Assembly: GCA_963674755.2 (NCBI GenBank)
Contig: CAXXVS010000003.1
Span: forward strand, 2,144,001-2,208,000
DNA length: 64,000 nucleotides
Reading direction: 5' to 3'
Source: Desulfobacterales bacterium
GTDB lineage: Bacteria; Desulfobacterota; Desulfobacteria; Desulfobacterales; UBA5852
A program made the position numbers and the translations under genes. The first letter of the stretch is position 1, and every line of letters begins with the position of its first letter. Positions 36,559-44,053 of the stretch are shown piece after piece. The notes beneath the pieces were generated by a model. That model saw only the letters and a program-made list of their open reading frames with translations. It was not told the DNA's origin and did no database searches.

Positions 36559-37344
36559 TCAGGGTTCTTCGGATGCGTCTCCGAGCAGCTGTTCCTTGAG
36601 GCGTGTAATTTCGGCTGCTACGGTTTTCTCGATCGCTTCGTTCAGCAGATGGTCGATCTTTTCAGCGAACATCTTGCGGATGACGTTTTCCAGGGCCGTC
36701 TCCAACGCTTCGGACGGCAGGGTGGTCGGTGCGCCCAACTCATCCTCCACCGCTGGTGGTTTGGGCGGTTCTTCGGCCAGCTTGGCGTCCAGCAGATCGA
36801 TGGCGTCGGAGAGTTCCTGAGTGCTCAGATTGAAGTCCAGTTCACCGGCATCCTCCTCGGAAGGCAGCAGATCGGCTTCCAGGTTCATGCCCAGGGAGTC
36901 GAAAAGCCCGCCATCGGAGCGCTCTTCGATATCGAGTTCCATATCGGCGAACTCCAGCTCCCCGCCGGTGGATTCCTCGACCTCGGCTTCCACCGCGACG
37001 GGCGCGTCCTCATCTTCTTCCAGGAATGACAGCTCCGCCATCTCTTCCACGGAAGCCGGTTCGGCCTCCGCTTCCACCTCTTCGACAACCACCGGTTCCG
37101 TCAAATCGATGATCGGTTCCTCGACCGGGGCTTCCTCCGTGGGCGGCTGTTCATCCGCCGGGATATCGACCACGTCGGTCAGTTCGATCACGACATCCTC
37201 GCCGGCGTTCTCCTCGACAACCTCTGTCAGGTCGATGATGTCTTCGTCGTCGGCACCCGATGCCGCCACCACGTCCGTCAATTCGATGATGTCGTCGGCA
37301 TCTTCCATTTTAGATGGGTCCTGCGGGGGGCGTTGATCGGTCAT
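36559..37344 (-). CDS. Highly acidic, probably disordered protein with C-terminal helices; PopZ/DUF2497-like candidate
   Basis: Four (I/V)I(E/D)LT(D/E)xV repeats, Glu/Asp/Pro-rich middle, amphipathic C-terminus; GAGG RBS. The ORF is confident, the PopZ relationship is inferred. Confidence 0.75.
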   Translation of the reverse strand: MTDQRPPQDPSKMEDADDIIELTDVVAASGADDEDIIDLTEVVEENAGEDVVIELTDVVDIPADEQPPTEEAPVEEPIIDLTEPVVVEEVEAEAEPASVEEMAELSFLEEDEDAPVAVEAEVEESTGGELEFADMELDIEERSDGGLFDSLGMNLEADLLPSEEDAGELDFNLSTQELSDAIDLLDAKLAEEPPKPPAVEDELGAPTTLPSEALETALENVIRKMFAEKIDHLLNEAIEKTVAAEITRLKEQLLGDASEEP

Positions 37345-37507
37345 GGAACCCTCTTACATGAAATGATCGATGGATAAGCCGCCTGTTCGTTTACCTAAAT
37401 CGGTCGAACGCTACCACAGGGGGGGTAACGTGTCAAGGCGACGGAGCGGCTGGAAACGCCGTCAAAAAAGGATTTACAGAACCTGTAGACCATTCTAATT
37501 TGGGCCC

Positions 37508-38305
37508 ATGCGCTATTTTTTTGTCGAACCGGAAGAGCTGGCCCGCCCGATGGTTACGATCACGGGGGCGGAGGCCCGCCACATGGGCAAGGTGCTGCGC
37601 CTCAGGCCCGGCATGGTGGTGGGCCTGTCCGATGGCGGCGGCCTGCAGGGCGAGGCCCGTATCGCGAAAATGTCCCGGGAGCAGGTGGAGCTGGCGGTGC
37701 TGCGGCGCTACCCCTCGCCGCGCGAGCCCCGGGGAGAGCTCATGATCGCCCAGGCCATGCTCAAGGACCAAAAGATGGACCTGCTGGTGCGTCAGCTGAC
37801 CGAACTGGGTATGACGGCCTGGCAGCCCTTCATCTCGGCGCGCTCCGTGGCCCAGCCGGATCCCCGCCGCCAGGCCGCGCGCAGCGAGCGCTGGGAGCGC
37901 ATTGCCCGGGAGGCGGTCAAGCAATGCCGCCGGGGGCGGGTGCCGGCCATCGGCTCGGTGGGGCGCTTAACAGATGTACTGGACGCCGGCCGGCGGTTCG
38001 CAACCAGAATCATGTTCTGGGAGGGGGCCCGCCAGCCCCTGCCCGGGGAAGTGGAGACCACCGGGAACGATCCCGGCACGGTGCTCGTGGCGGTGGGCCC
38101 GGAAGGCGGGTTCACCGAAGAGGAAGCGGCCGCCGCCGAAGAAGCCGGCTTCCGGCTGGCCAGCCTGGGGCCGCGCATCCTGCGGGCGGAAACCGCGGCC
38201 CTCGCCGCCTGCACCCTGGCCCAGCACCTTTATGGCGATTTAACCCAGGCTCCGCCCATGGAAGGCGATCAAACCAGTGCTGACGGGGCCTGGGAATCAT
38301 TATAG
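37508..38305 (+). CDS. rsmE: 16S rRNA m3U1498 methyltransferase
   Basis: HMGKVLRL, EAVKQCRR, VGPEGGF, LGPRILRAETA. Confidence 0.96.
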   Translation: MRYFFVEPEELARPMVTITGAEARHMGKVLRLRPGMVVGLSDGGGLQGEARIAKMSREQVELAVLRRYPSPREPRGELMIAQAMLKDQKMDLLVRQLTELGMTAWQPFISARSVAQPDPRRQAARSERWERIAREAVKQCRRGRVPAIGSVGRLTDVLDAGRRFATRIMFWEGARQPLPGEVETTGNDPGTVLVAVGPEGGFTEEEAAAAEEAGFRLASLGPRILRAETAALAACTLAQHLYGDLTQAPPMEGDQTSADGAWESL

Positions 38306-38427
38306 CCGGTTGGGACAGTCCTAAAATGGCTTGACAGATCAAGTGGGCTGTGCAATAAGCGTTTCCGTTTTCAGCGAACCCGCACAGGTCGATTCCGGGA
38401 GAGCCGAAACATCACCACAGGCAGTTG

Positions 38428-38503
38428 GCCGAGGTAGCTCAGGCGGTAGAGCAGGGGACTGAAAATCCCCGTGTCGGCAGTTCAAATCTGTCCCTCGGCA
38501 CCA
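38428..38503 (+). tRNA. tRNA-Phe (GAA)
   Basis: Acceptor GCCGAGG/CCTCGGC, anticodon arm GGGGA-CTGAAAA-TCCCC, T-loop TTCAAAT, encoded CCA; 76 nt. Confidence 0.98.
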
Positions 38504-38509
38504 CATATC

Positions 38510-38545
38510 AAGGGCTTAGCTCGTTCGGGCTAAGCCCTTTTTATT
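38510..38545 (+). terminator. Intrinsic terminator after tRNA-Phe
   Basis: AAGGGCTTAGC...GCTAAGCCCTT followed by a T run. Confidence 0.85.
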
Positions 38546-38584
38546 TGGGAAAAGCATGTGGGAGCAAGCAATCCGGACCATATA

Positions 38585-38792
38585 TCTCACGCCAAGGCGC
38601 AAAGGACGCCAAAAAAATCAGAACGAAACGATGTCTCACGCAAAGCCGCAAAGAACGCAAAGAAAGTCAAAACCAAAGGGGTATTTGGCCTCCGGCCAAT
38701 GCGAACCACTTCCTTTTCTGGAATCAAGCAACCCAGAAAAAGAAGTATGCTTTTAAAAGCAGTTCCTGGCGAGTTTGGCAGCTTGGCAAGCG
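38585..38792. repeat. GCAAAG-periodic repeat: two 29-bp direct copies and a degenerate inverted partner
   Basis: TCTCACGCCAAGGCGCAAAGGACGCCAAA (38585-38613) and TCTCACGCAAAGCCGCAAAGAACGCAAAG (38634-38662); CTGGCGAGTTTGGCAGCTTGGC near 38765-38790. Confidence 0.6.
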
Positions 38793-38814
38793 GCGAAGTT
38801 ACAGTAGTAAGTGA

Positions 38815-38936
38815 TTGACAACCATAAAGTTTTCCATCAAAATACGATGTAATATAATTGAAGGAAAACAACCGCAAGGCGATCGCATTGTAACGGTTTT
38901 CCATCAAACAGGAAGTTGTGCCAGATGAAGGAAAAC
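38815..38936 (+). promoter_or_regulatory. Sigma70 promoter with two tandem inverted-repeat operators
   Basis: TTGACA (38815)-N17-CAAAAT, plus TATAAT at 38853; GTTTTCCATCA-N19-TGAAGGAAAAC at 38829-38869 and 38896-38936. Confidence 0.7.
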
Positions 38937-39977
38937 CATCTCCAGCCTAAAGAATGGACCGATAATCAGCGGCGAATATTTCTGGATAGCGCCCAACTCT
39001 ATGAAGCTTATATCGCCGCCTTCCGAGAAAACCGCGCCTATCGCGGCGGTATGCACTGGAAGAAAGCGAAGGGCAAAGACTATTTGTTCCGATCCAGGGA
39101 TCGCTTTGGCTACGGGAAAAGTCTGGGACCGCGATCTCCGGAGACCGAGAGGGTCCTTATGGAGTTTCGCACCGGCAAGGAGCGAAGCCAAGAGCGCTTA
39201 AAGACCTTAAAGGGTAGGCTCCGGGAGCAGGCCCGCTTTTGTCGTGCGGCCCAGATTCAACGCGTGCCCCGAACCGTTGCCGGCATTCTTCGGATGCTGG
39301 ATCAGTACGGACTGCTGGGTCGCAATCTGAGCATCATCGGAACGAATGCCCTGTATGCCTACGAAGCGGCTGCCGGCGTGTTTGTGGATCGCCCCATTCT
39401 GGCAACCCAGGACATGGATCTCCTCTGGGATATCAAGGCGCGCCTGAAGCTTGCTACGGAGAGGGATCAGCCGCCGCCGGGTCTCATCGATATCCTGCGC
39501 AAGGCCGACCGCTCGTTCGATCTCCATGGCGGTCAGCGGTTTCGTGCGGTCAACAAGGAAGGCTATCTCGTGGATCTGGTGAAGCCGGAACCCAAAAACC
39601 TCATGGCTGTGGAACGCCGGCGTCTGGGCGAGGCCGGTGATCTGGAGGCGGCCGAGATAAGCAGTCTGCAGTGGCTGCTGTCGTCGCCGAAATTCAGCCA
39701 GGTCGTCATTGGGGACGACGGTTATCCTGCCACCATGACCTGCCCCGATCCCCGGGCCTTCGCCTTCCATAAAATATGGCTGAGTGAACGTAACGACCGC
39801 AATCCGCTGAAAAAGACGCGGGATCGCCACCAGGGGCTTACGGTGGCCTATCTGCTGGCGCGCTACATGCCGCAGTACAAGTTTGCCGCTGAAGAAATGA
39901 AGATGTTTCCCAAAGATGTGTTCGATCTGGCCGGCAAAGAAATCTCCGAGATGGATTTGCCGCCGGAGTTTGGTTAG
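38925..39977 (+). CDS. GSU2403-type nucleotidyltransferase-fold protein
   Basis: IIGTNALYAYEAAAG...LATQDMDLLWD (DxD), PDPRAFAFHK, RNPLKKTRD. Confidence 0.85.
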   Translation: MKENHLQPKEWTDNQRRIFLDSAQLYEAYIAAFRENRAYRGGMHWKKAKGKDYLFRSRDRFGYGKSLGPRSPETERVLMEFRTGKERSQERLKTLKGRLREQARFCRAAQIQRVPRTVAGILRMLDQYGLLGRNLSIIGTNALYAYEAAAGVFVDRPILATQDMDLLWDIKARLKLATERDQPPPGLIDILRKADRSFDLHGGQRFRAVNKEGYLVDLVKPEPKNLMAVERRRLGEAGDLEAAEISSLQWLLSSPKFSQVVIGDDGYPATMTCPDPRAFAFHKIWLSERNDRNPLKKTRDRHQGLTVAYLLARYMPQYKFAAEEMKMFPKDVFDLAGKEISEMDLPPEFG

Positions 39978-40419
39978 ATATCTGGGCCGAAGGTATCGCC
40001 TTAAAATCGACCGATATCAGGCGTACAAAGAAATCAAGCTAACGCGTGGGTTTTTCCATATCCAGGTGAAGGATAGCGGATCGCCGGAACAGATCAAACA
40101 GATGATGGATAGCTGGTATGCCGATAAAACGGCCATGAAGTTTCAGGAAAGTTTCGATCGTTGTTGGCAGCGGTTTAATGATTTGGCTGCTGCTAAGCCC
40201 CTGATGGTGATTCGCCGAATGAAGAAACGCTGGAGCAGCTTATCGAAAAACGGGCGGTTGACGCTCAACACCGATCTAATTCAAGCCCCAAAGGACTACA
40301 TCGATTATGTCATTACACATGAATTGTGCCACCTCCGGTTCCACGACCATGGCCCAAATTTTTGCCGGCTCCTGGAACATATGATGCCGGATTGGGAACG
40401 ACGCATTTCTATGGTTTAG
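39976..40419 (+). pseudogene. 5'-truncated YgjP/DUF45 (M48/SprT-like) metallopeptidase remnant
   Basis: Begins mid-domain at RYLGRRYRLKI; IRRMKKRWSS, IDYVITHELCHL..HDHGPNF (HExxH); no start of its own. Confidence 0.75.
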
Positions 40420-40608
40420 GGCTAACCGACAACAACAAGGGGATAACAGGATGTCCACTCAAAAATTAATATCCGGCTTTGGCTTGAGTCAATGAAACAT
40501 CGACAAGACGCCTTGAACTTCGGTATGCCCATGGGAAAAAATTGATTCCCATCCGGAAGATGAACCTTTTGGCGGCCAGCGCGACTTAAGGTTTAGGTAG
40601 GAAACAAA

Positions 40609-42723
40609 ATGGAGGACACCATGGACCATAAACCGCGACCCGAATGTCGGGGGAATCTGCTCCAGAGGGGGGCCGTTGGTTCATCGGCCGGAAACGGTAG
40701 GCTTGTTCGGGTTGCCATCGTTTTGCTGGTGGCATCCGCGGTCATTTTGACCGGGGCATCCCCCTTCCCGACACCCACGAAAACCATCGATGCCAAGCCG
40801 GCCATCCCCGGGAAGGCCGCCGCGCCCGCTTCCGGGAAAAAGGCGCTGCCTGCGCCGGTCCCGCCGTCGCAGCCCTACCTTGCCATCGATAAGGCCTACC
40901 TCAAAGACGGTCGCCTTCACATCGTGATCCGCAATACGACCGGGACGGCATTGACCCCCGCCCTGGTCCGGGAGGGCAACGTACAGATTCGGCAGGGGGG
41001 TAAATCGGTGATCGTCCCGCTGGCCAAGATGCAGCCGCAGAAAGGTGCTCACAACACCTGGCGTTTGGACACCGGCCTGGCCTTGCCGGCCGGCCAGCCG
41101 GTGATCGTATCCCTTCAGAACGTGCCGGGTGACACGCGCAAACAGCTCCGGCCATCGGCCACAACGGTCGGCGCTTCCATGCAGCGGCCCATGCCGCATG
41201 CGCCGCCCAAACCCGTTCCCAGGCGCCTGGACAGGGACCGGACGGCAATGGTCGGCGTACGCCCGGTGGAGTCGCTTACGGCGCAGAGGGTGCTATCCTT
41301 TGCGGTGGCGTCGCCGTCGACCGGCAGCGTCTGGCCGCGCTGCAGCATCCAGACGATCAGATGGAAACAGCCGGAGGCGATGGGGGACCACCCGACCATC
41401 AAACTGGTCCAGGGAAGCTATGAATACCCCGTCGGCTATCACGGCGCCGCGTTCGATGCATCCACGGAAATGTTTTCGGTGCGTCTGCATGTCCCCGGCG
41501 ATATCCCCGTCGGGGAAGGAGCCCGGATTTCGGTTACGGGTTTTTCCGACGGCCCGGCATCGACCGCCTGGAGCGCGCCCTTCACCATCGAAGCCAACCG
41601 GCTGGATGCCATTCGGTTGGATAGCCCCAACGGGGGCGAGGCGTGGCCCCTGGAAACCGCCCACCGCATTGCGTGGACGGTTGAAGGCCCCATTGACAGC
41701 CGCACCCTCTGGGAACTGGATCTCATAAAGGATGGCCGGGTTCTCGTGACCTACCCCAATCGTTCCATGCCCGGCCTGATGGTGCACCCGGAAAGCGGCA
41801 TCTGCTCTTTCAACTGGTATGTCAATTCGGCCTTCGAGCCGGGATCGGACTACACGTTGCGCATCCGGCCGGTGGGCACCTCCCTTTCGGATGCCTCCGA
41901 CAGGCCCTTCAGCATCGTCGGCCGCCGGGCCGGTGTCGATCTCCGGATCACCACCAGCCCCAAAAACTACGACGAATACGCGGTCACCCCCGGCTGGCGC
42001 TTCAACGTACCGTACACGGTCTACAATGCCGGGGCCGATCCCACACCCCCTTTCGAGGTGGCCGTCTACCTGTCCGAGGACACCGGCCTGGGATCGGATG
42101 ACATGCGCCTGACCACGGCCCGGCATACCCACAACCCCGACAGTCCTGACAGACCGTATATCGGCAGCACTTTCGTGACCCTGCCGGAGACCATCGCCAC
42201 CGGGCGGCGGTATTACCTGATCTGTGCCGTGGACTGGAACGACCAGGTTACGGAATGGGACGAACGCAACAACGACAGCTCCCATTACGGCACCGGTTTT
42301 TCACCGCCGCCTTCCATCTTCGTGCATCCCCGCAGCACGGCCAGCAGGGACCTGGCCGCGCGGCAGATCCAGGTGGTTCCCTCCGGCGACAATCGGTACC
42401 GGCTGATCTGGAATTATGATAGAATCGATTTCGTTTTTCCCTGCGACAGCTACACCTACGAGGTGCGGTTGGAGGTGACGGAGCCTACCGGGGCCGGCAG
42501 GGTCCTGCATGCCGAGACCGTTACCGCCCCCGGCCGCAGCGGCGGGGTCAACCGGTTGGGGGGAAGCGGCCACTTTGTGTATGATTGTCCCACGGCCGAA
42601 GACGGAACGCCGCTGCCGGGCCGGTATACCTTCCGGCTTACCTTAGACAGTGGCGGCCGTGTGGATGAGCTGGTGGAAACCAACAATACCCTGGACTATG
42701 TGTACGAGGTGCCGGCGGAGTAA
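40609..42723 (+). CDS. Secreted or surface multidomain protein with Ig-like and CARDB-like domains
   Basis: N-terminal hydrophobic segment, Pro-rich linkers, SPSTGSVW/SPNGGEAW..I.W repeats, VDWNDQVTEWDERNN and LDSGGRVDELVETNN. Confidence 0.8.
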   Translation: MEDTMDHKPRPECRGNLLQRGAVGSSAGNGRLVRVAIVLLVASAVILTGASPFPTPTKTIDAKPAIPGKAAAPASGKKALPAPVPPSQPYLAIDKAYLKDGRLHIVIRNTTGTALTPALVREGNVQIRQGGKSVIVPLAKMQPQKGAHNTWRLDTGLALPAGQPVIVSLQNVPGDTRKQLRPSATTVGASMQRPMPHAPPKPVPRRLDRDRTAMVGVRPVESLTAQRVLSFAVASPSTGSVWPRCSIQTIRWKQPEAMGDHPTIKLVQGSYEYPVGYHGAAFDASTEMFSVRLHVPGDIPVGEGARISVTGFSDGPASTAWSAPFTIEANRLDAIRLDSPNGGEAWPLETAHRIAWTVEGPIDSRTLWELDLIKDGRVLVTYPNRSMPGLMVHPESGICSFNWYVNSAFEPGSDYTLRIRPVGTSLSDASDRPFSIVGRRAGVDLRITTSPKNYDEYAVTPGWRFNVPYTVYNAGADPTPPFEVAVYLSEDTGLGSDDMRLTTARHTHNPDSPDRPYIGSTFVTLPETIATGRRYYLICAVDWNDQVTEWDERNNDSSHYGTGFSPPPSIFVHPRSTASRDLAARQIQVVPSGDNRYRLIWNYDRIDFVFPCDSYTYEVRLEVTEPTGAGRVLHAETVTAPGRSGGVNRLGGSGHFVYDCPTAEDGTPLPGRYTFRLTLDSGGRVDELVETNNTLDYVYEVPAE

Positions 42724-43065
42724 TTCACCGCTCAGGGCCCGGTGAGGAGCCCTATCCTCATAAGCTGCCGCTGTTCGCTATGGCGTTTGCCTATCGGATC
42801 ATTCCCTGCCATCAGCCGATGATTTGGGCGATGCTTTTTGGGGACGGCGCCTGTGGTTCGCAGCGCTTTGACAGGAAGGTCCACGGATACGGTGGGATCG
42901 CCTTTTTCTATTCTTGCCCAGGGGAATTTGAAATTTGGGAAACGATTCGATAAAGCCATCTATCCATACGAAAAAATGATACGGGCCTTTTTCCCGCCGC
43001 CATTGAAACCCCATCGCGTCCGGCGGGATTAATGCCATTGCTGTCTGTACAGGGGGACCACGCCC

Positions 43066-43908
43066 ATGACCCGAAAACTCGCCCCATTCGCTATCGCCTA
43101 TGATTTTGACGGCACCCTGGCCCCCGGCAATATGCAGGAATACGATTTCGTCCCGGCCATCGGCATGACCAGCAAGGCATTCTGGAAAGAAGTCGACGAG
43201 CTGACCAAAAAGCATGATGCCGACCAGATCCTGCTCTACATGATGCACATGCTCGACAAGGCCCGGGCGGCCGAGGTGCCGGTACGCAAGGAAAACTTTG
43301 TGGCCTTCGGCCGCTCGGTGATCCTTTTCGAAGGGGTGGCGGACTGGTTCGACCGCATCGATGCCCATGGAAAGCAACGCGGGTTCAAGGTGGAGCATTA
43401 TATCATCTCCTCGGGCATCCGGGAGATGATCGAGGGCACCCCCATCGCCCAAAAGTTCGCCGCGATATACGCCTCGGCCTTTGTCTACGATCACAACGGC
43501 GTGGCCCACTGGCCCGCCCTGGCCGTGAACTACACCACCAAGACCCAGTTCCTGTTCCGCATCAACAAAGGGGTGCTAAACGTTTACGACAATTCCAGGA
43601 TCAACCAATTCATCCCCGAGGAGGACCGGCCGGTGCCCTTCGAGCACATGGTGTTTATCGGCGACGGCGAGACCGACATCCCCTGTTTCCGGCTGGTCAA
43701 GGAACAGCGCGGGCACGCCATTGCCGTATACAAACCAGCCACGAAAGGCGCTCGGGGAAAGGCGGAAAAACTGATTGAGGCGGGCCGGGTAAATTTCATC
43801 GCCCCGGCCAACTATACGGAAAACAGCGACATGGACCGGTTCGTCAAGGGCATTATCGACAAGGCCGCCGCCGACGGCGCCCTCAAACAACTGGGCAAAC
43901 GGGATTGA
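43066..43908 (+). CDS. HAD-superfamily hydrolase
   Basis: YDFDGTL (motif I), YIISSG (II), K (III), FIGDGETD (IV). Confidence 0.9.
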   Translation: MTRKLAPFAIAYDFDGTLAPGNMQEYDFVPAIGMTSKAFWKEVDELTKKHDADQILLYMMHMLDKARAAEVPVRKENFVAFGRSVILFEGVADWFDRIDAHGKQRGFKVEHYIISSGIREMIEGTPIAQKFAAIYASAFVYDHNGVAHWPALAVNYTTKTQFLFRINKGVLNVYDNSRINQFIPEEDRPVPFEHMVFIGDGETDIPCFRLVKEQRGHAIAVYKPATKGARGKAEKLIEAGRVNFIAPANYTENSDMDRFVKGIIDKAAADGALKQLGKRD

Positions 43909-43915
43909 TGGCGGA

Positions 43916-43938
43916 GGCGCGGCATGCCGTGCCCCTAC
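43916..43938 (-). repeat. REP-like palindrome with GTAG foot
   Basis: Minus strand GTAGGGGCACGGCATGCCGCGCC. Confidence 0.6.
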
Positions 43939-44053
43939 GATGGAACAATTCGGACGCCCGGTTGCCGGGTCGCTACCGACGATCGCCAGGTCATTCAAAA
44001 ACGATCCGGTCCACAGGGAACCGAATCGTTAATTTCCAATCTAAATCCGAGAA

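Noticed and set aside
38425..38907. ORFs overlapping tRNA-Phe and the repeat region
   Set aside because: They translate tRNA and repeat sequence.
38585..38936. Possible mini-CRISPR array
   Set aside because: Only two units per motif, the wrong architecture, and no cas genes in the window.
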